Virus record (IMG/VR): IMGVR_UViG_3300027815_000006
Coordinates: 1-64,000 of that record
Origin: a virus
Length of the DNA stretch: 64,000 nucleotides
Direction: 5' to 3' (one strand)
Both the position numbers and the translations under genes were made by a program. Position 1 is the first letter of the stretch; each line of letters begins with the position of its first letter. The notes beneath the pieces are model-generated. The model was not told where the DNA came from. It was given only the letters and a program-made list of their open reading frames with translations, and did no database searches. Shown one piece after another: positions 55,291 to 64,000 of this stretch.

Positions 55291-55680
55291 TCAGAGAAGA
55301 GACTGGACCGTACGGTCCAGTGCGGGCCGAAGGGCATCCCTGAGTACGGTCACCAGCTCCTCATCATCTTCGGCCATTTCCTGCCAGAAGAGGAGCCACG
55401 GATGATCCTCCACCTCGCGCTCCATGAGCGCGTGCGTCGCCGGAACGAACAGGAAGTCCTCTCCCCCGCCCCTGGGATGCACCACATGGCGGTCATGCCC
55501 GAGGTCCTCGTAGCGTCCGATGGCCCCGAACCCGTCGTAGAACGTGTTGGCGTAGAGACGAAGCTGCACCTCGTCATCCTCCCCACCCCCCATGGGGGGC
55601 ACGAACACGTCCCGGAGCATACAGAAGGCCGTCGCTCCCCCAGGAAGCCGCGCGTAATAGGGTGTCTCGGGCGTCAGCAT
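55291..55680 (-). CDS. hypothetical protein
   Basis: 129-aa ORF coupled to giant gene. Confidence 0.7.
   Translation of the reverse strand: MLTPETPYYARLPGGATAFCMLRDVFVPPMGGGEDDEVQLRLYANTFYDGFGAIGRYEDLGHDRHVVHPRGGGEDFLFVPATHALMEREVEDHPWLLFWQEMAEDDEELVTVLRDALRPALDRTVQSLL
55305..55318. repeat. dispersed palindrome copy 16 (in frame LDRTVQ; 20-bp perfect 55302-55321)
   Basis: read directly. Confidence 0.97.
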
Positions 55681-55681
55681 C

Positions 55682-58600
55682 TCAGAACCCGCTCGCCTTC
55701 AGGTGCTTCTCGTAGATGTCCTTGGTGCTGTCCCCCACCACCACGAAGTCCTCGATCTTCTGCCCGTTGAACTCCGTAATGCCGTTGCTCTTGAGGTTGT
55801 CGATCACTTGAGTCCTGACGTATGCACTCCCGCACGCGATCTTCACGATGTACTTGGGATCAATCCCGCGTCGCCAGTTCTGCTCGTTCCCCCCGGAAGC
55901 CGTACCCGTACCCACAATATCCCCCAGCGTATCGCTCAAGGATTGACGGTTTTTATAGGTCGGATGGTTTGGTTTGTTGACGCCAAACGAATCCCCGTTA
56001 TAGGCGTACGAGTCCAACCTATCCGCCACGGACGGATGAACAATGTAGTTGATAGGCCCTGTAATGGAACCCGCGTACTGGCACGTCTGCCCCGCGTTCA
56101 TGGTCCCCTCGGTCGCAACCCGCGTCAGGAACCCGTCCCCGCTACCGCTGTTGACATCCAACTCGTAGGACTTGCCGTTTTCCTGTGTGCCCGGTAGCCC
56201 CGGAGGAATCCCCGTCTGGTTGCGCGCCACGATACCAAGCAACCCCTTCGTAAGAATGCTGGTAGCGAGCTCCGGCTGACTACTACCCGCGAAAAAGAAC
56301 TTGAGGCCCGTGGCTTGCTGGATCTTCTTGTATCTCCCTGGGAGAACCGTAGCGAAGTACCCCGGACTGACCTCCCGAGACTCCAGCTTGTCCATGTCCG
56401 CCTCGGACACGCCCGCATCCTTCAGTTTTTGACGCATAGACGCAGGTGTCTCGTTCTTGAGAGACTTCACCTGCGCATCGAACGTCTGGGGCGCAACGTC
56501 GAACAGGAGATCTGCGAGGCGTCCTACTTCCTTCTCCTGGGGTGTCGGATCCCGCAGCATATCCGCGGCAAAATCCGTCCCGCACAGAGACAACGCCCGA
56601 TAGACCCCCGCGTCGAGAGACTCCCCTGGCTTCAGGTAGACCTTCGCAGCCACTTGGTGATTGTATCCGTACTGCTCCGAATCCACCCCCAGGAGCACCG
56701 ACGTGTCCCCGTCCGCCCACCGCTTCCCCTTGACCCCAACACGCTGCCACGTCTTGTCCTTGTCTACGTACAGATCCTTGTCTGCGTTGTAGAATCCGTC
56801 TGAGAACAGCTGCGCGTCGGGGTTAGGCATCGTGCCCCCCGAGGGCGGAGGTTTCGGCACTGTCGGACTCACGTTCGTACCCCCCGCCATGGAGGGGAGC
56901 GCCACCTGGGGTCGCAGACGGAAGAAGACCCGGTAGTATTCCTTCCCCTGGGGATCATTGTGCTTCTGGATGGTCATGGCCTGCCCCATGACCGACAGCC
57001 CGTCGTGCTGCACCATCGTGTTGCTCCCGAGAGAGCCGCCCAGCCCCACCTCGTGCATCACCTGGGTGTAGCCCTTCGGAGAGAGAGAGGGCGTGAGCGC
57101 CGCCACCTGCGAGGTAGATGTCGCGGTGGGCGCCGGGGGCGGAGGAATCGGGACTTGCTGCCACCCATGCTGCGCGGTCAGAGACGCCCATTGGTCCTGG
57201 GTCAGCGTGATCCCGTACTTCTGCGACCCGTGGGGCTTGGCCTCCGCCGTGATCCCGAGCTTCTTGAGCTTGTCTACGACTGCCTGCGCCTTTGCGGGCC
57301 CGTCCGGCTGCGCGTAGAACGCCTGGAGCTTGAGCGTGATCTTGCTCGCGTCCGAAACCTGACCCACTCCCTCCCCGGGCTTCAAGGCGTAGAACTCGGG
57401 CATCTTCTGAATGATGGCCTGCCCCGTGTGGGGCACGAACATCATCCCCGGCTCCGCAGCCTCCCCGGTGGGGAGCACCGTAAGCGGGGGAGGTGGTGGT
57501 GGCGTGTAGACGGGGAGGTTCCCTGCGCCCACAGCGCTCTTCGGGTACTGGAAGGTCTCCCCCGCCCCCAGCTCCCCGCGCGCCTGCTTGAACGCCGTCC
57601 ACATCGCCTCGAAGTCGCTGCGCAGCGACTTCTTGCGCGCGAGAGCGTTCTTCGTTACCGCCTCGCGGTTCTCCTTCGGGAGCGTTAGGAGATACGGCTG
57701 GAGGATGGCCTTGTAGTCCGCGTCGGAGATGGCCTCGGCGGCCTCAATCGCCGGAAGCATGTCCGCGGGGTTGAGCTCGGCCTTGCCCTCCTTGTACGCC
57801 GCGAACAGGTCGCTGTAGAGAGAACTTCCCCCCTCGGCCCCCTTGTAGGAGAGGTCGAGGAGAGCGTTGGCGTCCGATGCCGTCGTGCCAGCGAAATGCC
57901 GGAAAGCTCGGCTCTTGCCCTTGCTGACAGGAACCCCCGTCTCGCCCACGAGGAACCGAGAGGCCTGCGCGTCGTGGTTGCCGATCAACCAGTCGAGGAC
58001 GCGCTCCTTGAGGAGCTGCGCCTTGGCTTCGGGCGCGAACTTCGCCGGGTCTGTGTCGGAACTGGCCGACAGCTCCGTGTGCCCCTTCGGCACCGCTTGG
58101 ATCACCCCGTCCTTGAAGGGAGTTACCGAGACGAAAGCGTCCCCGAGCACCAACGACGCCAGCTTCGCGCCCGTCACCCCCGCGGCGACTCGCGGGGCTG
58201 GAATGTCCCCCGCCGGGTGATACTTCCACTCGTTTCCGGAGGCGTCCGCGTAGAGCCCGCCCCCCTTGTCCGTCAGACTGGCCGCCACAGGCCCCACCAA
58301 CGGCGCGGCCTTCGGAGACGTGTGCTGGAGTGAGAACCCCGCCGCATCCCCGGGTGGCTTGTTCTTGGTAGGCGGCGGAGGTGCTGGAATTGCCGGAGGA
58401 GCCGGGGGAGCCGGGGGAGCCGGTGAAGGTGACCCCACGCCCCCCGCTCCGACACCGGCACCGGCACCGGCACCGGCACCGGCACCGGCACCCGCACCGG
58501 CACCCGCTCCGGCACCCGCTCCGGCTCCCGCTCCGGCTCCCGCTCCCGCTCCCGCACCCGCACCGGCACCACCCCCGCTCGCTCCAGCGCCTCCAGACAC

Positions 58601-61600
58601 CTTTGGAGGTGGGGGCTGCTGGAGCACGGACACCGCATTGGCGGCCAACGTCTCCTGCGCCATCGTGGCAGGCCACGCGACCCCGAACACCGCCTCAAGA
58701 TGCGCGACGTGTTCGGGGTTTTTGATGCTGCTCTGGAACTTGTCCGCGAGCTTCTTCAGACTGCTGGGAGTTGGAGGCTTCTTCGTGAGCGCCGCAGGAA
58801 AAGACTTGTGAGCATGGCCCACCACGCCAGTCACGAGATCCTCCCCTAAGAGATCCATGACGGTCTTACCCTCGGCAACCCACGCATCCCCCTTGGAAAT
58901 TGCGGTGTCCACAGACGGAGCACTCGTGCCCTTGGCTGCCTGCCCGGCGGCGCAGAGCTGCGCGATGTACTTCTTCGCCGCGTCTTGATCCCCGAGGTAC
59001 GTCCCGATTTGCAGGACATACTTTCCGCTGACCTTGTTTTTGGCCAGCGCGGTGATCTTCTTCTCCCACCACTCGGGGGTGTGCAACGCGCCCAGACCAT
59101 AGGCCCCCACAATACGCCTCGCCACCCTCAACGAGGCCATGTGCAGCCAGCCAGGGCCACTCTCCCCCACCAACCCCGGTGTCAACGGCATGGTCCAGGG
59201 CCAGCCCGCCTTGGAAAGCCATGACCACCCAGGCCATGTAAGCCCTCCCTCGGCACTGAACGCCGATACCTGCGCTTCCCCCTTCGAGGGCTCGGACTTC
59301 GGTTCGGGCTTCGGCTCTGACTTCGGCTCTAACTTCGCAGGAGCACCCCCGATGCCCATGTGCTTCTTGACCTGAGCGAGGAAGTCCGCGGGATCGGACC
59401 CCCCATAGCCTAGCGCCACAAGGGTACTAGTGGCGGGTGTAAGTGGAGGGAACTGCGCCAAAAACGTCGCCGCCCACAACGTCGCCGCGTCCGGTCCGAG
59501 AGCCGCTTTTACCCCCGCGACACTCTTACCCGCGAGATCCTGAGCAAGGGCCGCGAGCCCCGCCTTCGTAAACCCCTTGAGAGGACCCGTCATCACCGGC
59601 CCTGAGCCGGTTGGTGTGATAACCGCCTGAAGGTACCCGTGGAGCTTCGCCTTGAGAACCGGCCATGGCGTGCCGGTCATGGCCTCAATGTCCGCCTCGG
59701 GAATACCGAAATTACTAGGAAGAGTAGCGAGCGCGGACGCCACGGTCTGACCGGAGGCGTGAACCTTGACGGACGCCGCGCCCCCTAGAATCTTCTCCGC
59801 CCAGAAGTCCCCGTAGAGATCCTTGAGCTTCTTCTCCTCGCCAGACAAAAACCCCGGCGTACTGGGAGAATTCGACCACGCCTGGAAATCGCTCGCCAAG
59901 CTGGCGATGGACTTCCCCGCGAAAGGCCCCGCAGCGTCCCACATTGCGACTGAAGGCTGCACATCCGCCACGCCCCCCGCACCCGCCATGTACCCCTTGA
60001 TCTTCTCGACGTACTCCCCCGAAGGATAGGGAATACCCATCGCACCCGCCCATGCCGGGCCGTCAGGGTCCGCACTCGGACCGCCTACAGCCCCCGCCTC
60101 CTTCGCAATGATGAACCCGGCGGTGAGGAACGTGGCGTAGTCCGGGCCGTAATCCTTCTCCAGATCCACCGCGGAGCTTGTGTTGTACTGGAGGAAAAGC
60201 TCCTCAAGCCCTCCCTTGGTCCAGCCCTTGAGGGGCCCCGTCATCTTGGGCTCCTGCTCCGCCGGACCCGCCATCAAAAACCCGTGAGTCTGCGCCGCGA
60301 GAAGAGGCAGTGTGGTGCCCGCCGCCGCCGCCACACCCTTCCACATATCCTGCACGCTGGGCTGACTCAGCAAATCCGAGAGCTTCGTGGCTACAAACCC
60401 GGCCCCCGAACTGTCTGCGGCGTGCGCGGCGAGAAGAAGAGGCGCCCACTGCTCGCCGTACGCCTTCTTCAGGAGAGCAACAGCGCTGGGCTCCTGGACA
60501 CTCGTAAGCGCAGGATGAGTGTCCACGGGCGCGGCGTTATACGCCGTCCACATCGCCGCCAACGCCGCTTGATCCTTGCCCGCCAGAGGCCCTGCCGAAC
60601 TCCACATCTCTACGGCGGAGCCCGTGTCAGACTTGGAGGGGGAAGCGCCACTCCCCGCAGGCCCACCGGAAGAGCTCCCCGTGGAGGCCGCGGCCTCCTT
60701 CTTCTTCAGCGCGGCTACGTACCCCTCGATCTTGGCCTGGAACGCCTGCTTGTCGGCATCGGAGCCGGGGTAACTGTAACCGAAGGACGCAAGGTCCATG
60801 CCGGATGCGTAGGCCCCCCCGAGGAGCAACTCCTTCCAATCGGGTCCGTAAAGCGCCTGGAGCTTACCCGCACTCGCGCTTGTGGGGACTAACAAAGCCA
60901 GAGACAGCCCAGGATGCGTCGTGGCGGGCGCATTCGAGTATTCCACCCACAGGGCCTTCAGCCCATCCACCGTGTAACCCTTCAACGGTCCAAGCGCTGC
61001 GTCCCCAGGGTTATCCACAACCGGCTTGTCTGCGACAGGCTTGTCTACCGTAGGTGTGCCTGCGGGATTGTCCTTGAGGGCTGGGACTACGTGGGCACCC
61101 TTCGGAGCCCAGCCTCCGGCGAAGGTGAAGGCGCCATCCTGCCCGAGACGCTTCTTGTAGAGCTTGGTGAGGAACGCCTCGAAGTCCTTCCGGACGTTCT
61201 TCTTTCGCTCCAGCGCCGCCTGGACAAACGCATCCGTACTGTTCTCGTGCCCCGGAGGCAGGGATGCCGCGTAGTCCTTGAGGAGCTTCGTGTACGCGGC
61301 ATCGTCAAATTCCTCGACGGACTCAATCGCGGGAAGCATGGACTTCGGATCGAAGTCCATGGTGTTGTCCTTGAAGGCGTTCCAGAAGGTGTTGTAGTAG
61401 GGCGGGATGGGGTTGGGGTTGTAGTCCGCGGAGAGATCGTCCTCCCCGAAGTTCTTGAACCCCTGCTCCTTGTCGATCCCGAGTACGCGGGTGACCCCGC
61501 CCACCTTCGCCCGCACGAAGTTGTCGAAGTAGCTGTCGTGGTTGGAGGTCACCCAGTCCACGATGTGCTCCATGGCCACGTCCAGCTTGGATGTGTCCGA

Positions 61601-64000
61601 GAGCTTCTCCGGCGCGTTCGCCCACTGCTGGAGCGTCGCGCGCGGAGTGGCCTCAATCCACGGACGCAGAAGCCCCGGCATCCCGTTGATGGTCTCCATC
61701 CGCACGGGAGGCGAAAAGGGCTTCACGACCTGCTGAAGCGCCGTACAGATCTCGTGAGACTTAGGACGCCACGGCTCCTTCTTGCTAGTGTTCCCCTTCT
61801 GCACAGCCCACTGGAAAAAGAAAAGGCTCCCCCCGTGCTTCGGGGCCTCCTGAACGTGCTGGAGCCAGGCGCCCCCATACTTTGCCTGGAGCCCCGCCGC
61901 CGCGACGTTGGAGATGTAAATGTCCTTCTTCCCCGCGCCCCCCAACGCAATCGTCCCTGGGGGGAGCTTCGTCAGCTCCGACACCGGAGGGATCGTGGAG
62001 ACGAAGGGGAGGTCCTCCACCCCCGTGTCGTTCTCCGGGGGAACCGCCGAGGTGTCGAGCGCCGCCGGGGCCGCCGAAGCCCCCTCTGTAGGCGCAAGGA
62101 TCGGCGCCGTGAACGGAACCTTCAGCGAGAGCGCGCCCTCGGCCCCCGGAGCGGCGGTCAGCGCCAGCACGGCCTCGTTCTTCCAGGGCCCCCCAGAAAA
62201 CAGATCGCTCAGGAGCTCAGACTCATCGGGAGAAAGTCCCGCCGCCAGCGCGTCCATCTTCGCGCCCGCGCCCCCAGGAGGATACGGGGCCGTCGCATCG
62301 GGCGAAGAGAGGAGCATCCCGAGGGCCGCCGCCTGCGCCCAGTCGGAGCCGACATCCTTGGCCACGGAAGCCATGACCTCGGGGTCTTCGAGGATCGCGG
62401 TGACCGCCTTGGGTACGGACCCGTAGAGCTCCTTGAGCTTCTTGGCGTAGGTCTGAAGACCCCCCACCGTCGCGGAGGCAAGCTGCACCGGAGAAGCCGC
62501 GGGCTCCTTCGGCTGGGGTACGTCAATCTCCGGCTCGGGCTCCGACGGGGGTTCGGGTGGCAGCACCGGATCCGACGCAGCCGGGTTTACGGGAGCGGAC
62601 CCGTACTTTTGCATCATCCCCCAGAGCGCCGTGACCTTCTCCGCACCGCCTAGCAGTGCGACCGATGTGGGGAAGTTTGTAAGAAACGCCCCCAACCCCC
62701 CAGCGAGCAGCACCGTCTGCTTGAAGGTGCCCAGCATCGCCTTCCCCGTAGTAATAGCGGCGAGAACAGTATCGAAGCTCCCGTAGTACCCCGTCAAGAG
62801 CTTCTGGATATCAGCGCTCATCCCGCCGTACCCCGCGGGGTTGTGCGCGGAGGCTAGCTGTAGCAGGGCGAGCTCCTTGGAGCTCGTGAGATCAAAGGTG
62901 TCCCCGAGGAAGGTGAACGCCTGGACGGTCTGCGCGGGAGGAGAAGACTTCGCCGTACCGCCGTCCGGCGACGCCGCCAGATCAATGCTGGGCTCGGAGG
63001 GCTTGACCTTCGGCTTCGTGGACGCCTCGTAGGCACCCTTCCAGTCCGCAAAGCCCGCGCCCTGAACATACCCGTTCAGTTTCGCCATGAACTCGGCGGA
63101 GAACAGATCCTCGGGGAAATTGTCGGCGCCCCCGAAGCCATGAACCAGCGCAGCTACGTCCGCCATCGCATTTGTGGAGGTGGGGAGCGCGCCTCCCCAA
63201 GCCCACCCGCTCTCCTCCTTCTGGATGTCCTTGACGAGCTTGACGTGATCGTCGTAGTCCGCGGCCCACCCGGAGGGAAGGAGGAGCTCCGTGTCGTGCA
63301 CAAAGGACGGCCAGTCCGCCTTGAGCTCCGCTGTGGTCGCACCCCCAAAAAGCGCGTGCAGGGCCTTGAGCACCCCCACGGAGAGCGGCTCCTCAGGAAC
63401 GACCGCGTGATCTGCGAGGATCGCAACGATCCCGTCGTACTTCTTGTTCCACTCTACCTGCTTCGCCACCGCCGCCTTCAACGGACCGATGTGCTGCTTG
63501 GCAATAGCAAGCCAGCCGTCCCCAGAAATCTGCCCCACCGTATTCACCGTCCCGGGGGACAGCGCGTCCAAATCATCCACCGCACCGGCAGGTGCGAAGT
63601 TTGTCAGGAGGGCCGCGGTCTGCGTGAACCACGACTCCGCAGGGAGCGGATAGACCACCGGAGCGGCCTTGACCTCGGGAGGCGTGTCGGCCTTCGGCAT
63701 CGCGCCGGTCCCCCCGTCCGCGGCGGGCGGCGGAGGGGGCTCATGCCACGGATCCTCCGGCTCGGGCTCTGGAGGAAGAACAGGCGGAGCATCCTTCGCT
63801 TCCGGAGGGGGCGCGGGCGGTGGCGTGGGCTCCGGCTCCGCCTTCAGAGCCGGGGGCTCGGGTTCCGGCTCGGGTTCCGGCTCGGGTTCTGAGGGCTCCG
63901 TAGGCTCCGCGGACGGGGCGGGCGTAGCCGGTTCGGGTGCTGCGGAAGGCTCCGGCTCGGGTACCGTACCCTTCGGGAGCTTCGAGACAACCAGGGCTTG
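55682..64000 (-). CDS. giant multidomain (polyvalent-like) protein, 5'-truncated by window: PI3/4K-HipA-like kinase, degenerate second kinase copy, internal repeats, ART-like C-terminus
   Basis: frame stays open from 63700 to 64000 (QALVVSKLPKGTVPEPEP...), so >2770 aa; DWVTSNHDSYFDNF..IDKEQGF and DWLIGNHDAQASRF. Confidence 0.8.
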   Translation of the reverse strand, partial: QALVVSKLPKGTVPEPEPSAAPEPATPAPSAEPTEPSEPEPEPEPEPEPPALKAEPEPTPPPAPPPEAKDAPPVLPPEPEPEDPWHEPPPPPAADGGTGAMPKADTPPEVKAAPVVYPLPAESWFTQTAALLTNFAPAGAVDDLDALSPGTVNTVGQISGDGWLAIAKQHIGPLKAAVAKQVEWNKKYDGIVAILADHAVVPEEPLSVGVLKALHALFGGATTAELKADWPSFVHDTELLLPSGWAADYDDHVKLVKDIQKEESGWAWGGALPTSTNAMADVAALVHGFGGADNFPEDLFSAEFMAKLNGYVQGAGFADWKGAYEASTKPKVKPSEPSIDLAASPDGGTAKSSPPAQTVQAFTFLGDTFDLTSSKELALLQLASAHNPAGYGGMSADIQKLLTGYYGSFDTVLAAITTGKAMLGTFKQTVLLAGGLGAFLTNFPTSVALLGGAEKVTALWGMMQKYGSAPVNPAASDPVLPPEPPSEPEPEIDVPQPKEPAASPVQLASATVGGLQTYAKKLKELYGSVPKAVTAILEDPEVMASVAKDVGSDWAQAAALGMLLSSPDATAPYPPGGAGAKMDALAAGLSPDESELLSDLFSGGPWKNEAVLALTAAPGAEGALSLKVPFTAPILAPTEGASAAPAALDTSAVPPENDTGVEDLPFVSTIPPVSELTKLPPGTIALGGAGKKDIYISNVAAAGLQAKYGGAWLQHVQEAPKHGGSLFFFQWAVQKGNTSKKEPWRPKSHEICTALQQVVKPFSPPVRMETINGMPGLLRPWIEATPRATLQQWANAPEKLSDTSKLDVAMEHIVDWVTSNHDSYFDNFVRAKVGGVTRVLGIDKEQGFKNFGEDDLSADYNPNPIPPYYNTFWNAFKDNTMDFDPKSMLPAIESVEEFDDAAYTKLLKDYAASLPPGHENSTDAFVQAALERKKNVRKDFEAFLTKLYKKRLGQDGAFTFAGGWAPKGAHVVPALKDNPAGTPTVDKPVADKPVVDNPGDAALGPLKGYTVDGLKALWVEYSNAPATTHPGLSLALLVPTSASAGKLQALYGPDWKELLLGGAYASGMDLASFGYSYPGSDADKQAFQAKIEGYVAALKKKEAAASTGSSSGGPAGSGASPSKSDTGSAVEMWSSAGPLAGKDQAALAAMWTAYNAAPVDTHPALTSVQEPSAVALLKKAYGEQWAPLLLAAHAADSSGAGFVATKLSDLLSQPSVQDMWKGVAAAAGTTLPLLAAQTHGFLMAGPAEQEPKMTGPLKGWTKGGLEELFLQYNTSSAVDLEKDYGPDYATFLTAGFIIAKEAGAVGGPSADPDGPAWAGAMGIPYPSGEYVEKIKGYMAGAGGVADVQPSVAMWDAAGPFAGKSIASLASDFQAWSNSPSTPGFLSGEEKKLKDLYGDFWAEKILGGAASVKVHASGQTVASALATLPSNFGIPEADIEAMTGTPWPVLKAKLHGYLQAVITPTGSGPVMTGPLKGFTKAGLAALAQDLAGKSVAGVKAALGPDAATLWAATFLAQFPPLTPATSTLVALGYGGSDPADFLAQVKKHMGIGGAPAKLEPKSEPKPEPKSEPSKGEAQVSAFSAEGGLTWPGWSWLSKAGWPWTMPLTPGLVGESGPGWLHMASLRVARRIVGAYGLGALHTPEWWEKKITALAKNKVSGKYVLQIGTYLGDQDAAKKYIAQLCAAGQAAKGTSAPSVDTAISKGDAWVAEGKTVMDLLGEDLVTGVVGHAHKSFPAALTKKPPTPSSLKKLADKFQSSIKNPEHVAHLEAVFGVAWPATMAQETLAANAVSVLQQPPPPKVSGGAGASGGGAGAGAGAGAGAGAGAGAGAGAGAGAGAGAGAGAGAGAGVGAGGVGSPSPAPPAPPAPPAIPAPPPPTKNKPPGDAAGFSLQHTSPKAAPLVGPVAASLTDKGGGLYADASGNEWKYHPAGDIPAPRVAAGVTGAKLASLVLGDAFVSVTPFKDGVIQAVPKGHTELSASSDTDPAKFAPEAKAQLLKERVLDWLIGNHDAQASRFLVGETGVPVSKGKSRAFRHFAGTTASDANALLDLSYKGAEGGSSLYSDLFAAYKEGKAELNPADMLPAIEAAEAISDADYKAILQPYLLTLPKENREAVTKNALARKKSLRSDFEAMWTAFKQARGELGAGETFQYPKSAVGAGNLPVYTPPPPPPLTVLPTGEAAEPGMMFVPHTGQAIIQKMPEFYALKPGEGVGQVSDASKITLKLQAFYAQPDGPAKAQAVVDKLKKLGITAEAKPHGSQKYGITLTQDQWASLTAQHGWQQVPIPPPPAPTATSTSQVAALTPSLSPKGYTQVMHEVGLGGSLGSNTMVQHDGLSVMGQAMTIQKHNDPQGKEYYRVFFRLRPQVALPSMAGGTNVSPTVPKPPPSGGTMPNPDAQLFSDGFYNADKDLYVDKDKTWQRVGVKGKRWADGDTSVLLGVDSEQYGYNHQVAAKVYLKPGESLDAGVYRALSLCGTDFAADMLRDPTPQEKEVGRLADLLFDVAPQTFDAQVKSLKNETPASMRQKLKDAGVSEADMDKLESREVSPGYFATVLPGRYKKIQQATGLKFFFAGSSQPELATSILTKGLLGIVARNQTGIPPGLPGTQENGKSYELDVNSGSGDGFLTRVATEGTMNAGQTCQYAGSITGPINYIVHPSVADRLDSYAYNGDSFGVNKPNHPTYKNRQSLSDTLGDIVGTGTASGGNEQNWRRGIDPKYIVKIACGSAYVRTQVIDNLKSNGITEFNGQKIEDFVVVGDSTKDIYEKHLKASGF
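58454..58570. repeat. 6-bp tandem repeat encoding (GA)n linker
   Basis: (CCGGCA/CCCGCT)n. Confidence 0.9.

Noticed and set aside
425-55318. Palindrome as CRISPR repeat, REP/MITE or terminator
   Set aside because: Only 14-20 bp, kilobases apart, no spacers, no target-site duplication, no U-tract, and often in frame inside genes.
1-64000. tRNA, rRNA, integrase, transposase, reverse transcriptase/DGR, inteins in terminase or polymerase, stop-codon recoding
   Set aside because: No supporting motifs seen; core genes are intact under the standard code and of ordinary length.

Overview
This is a 64-kb slice of a large, high-GC (roughly two-thirds G+C by eye) tailed dsDNA phage with a contractile tail and a T4-like head/neck/tail gene set, mostly on the minus strand. 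Reading right to left, it holds: a giant (>2770 aa, runs off the window end) multidomain protein, a family-A DNA polymerase, an amidase endolysin, small and large terminase, portal, prohead core proteins, a protease-scaffold fusion, the major capsid protein, a LAGLIDADG/Zn-finger gene, an accessory island, neck proteins, sheath, two tube-like proteins, a frameshifted tail chaperone, tape measure, baseplate and fibre genes, and a small plus-strand island (metzincin, radical SAM). The most striking unexplained signal is the perfect 14-bp palindrome GGACCGTACGGTCC (extended consensus YYGGACCGTACGGTCCRR). I count 16 exact copies plus one 1-mismatch copy, about every 1-6 kb over the first 55 kb, both between genes and written in frame into genes. 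This looks like a genome-wide binding-site system; candidate binders nearby are a dead-HNH/RHH fusion, the LAGLIDADG-Zn-finger protein and a histone-like protein. Other notable items are a three-copy promoter-plus-leader-hairpin cassette, many apparently leaderless genes, and a kinase/pseudokinase/ART-like giant protein. All product calls come from motifs read by eye and synteny; no database searches were run.
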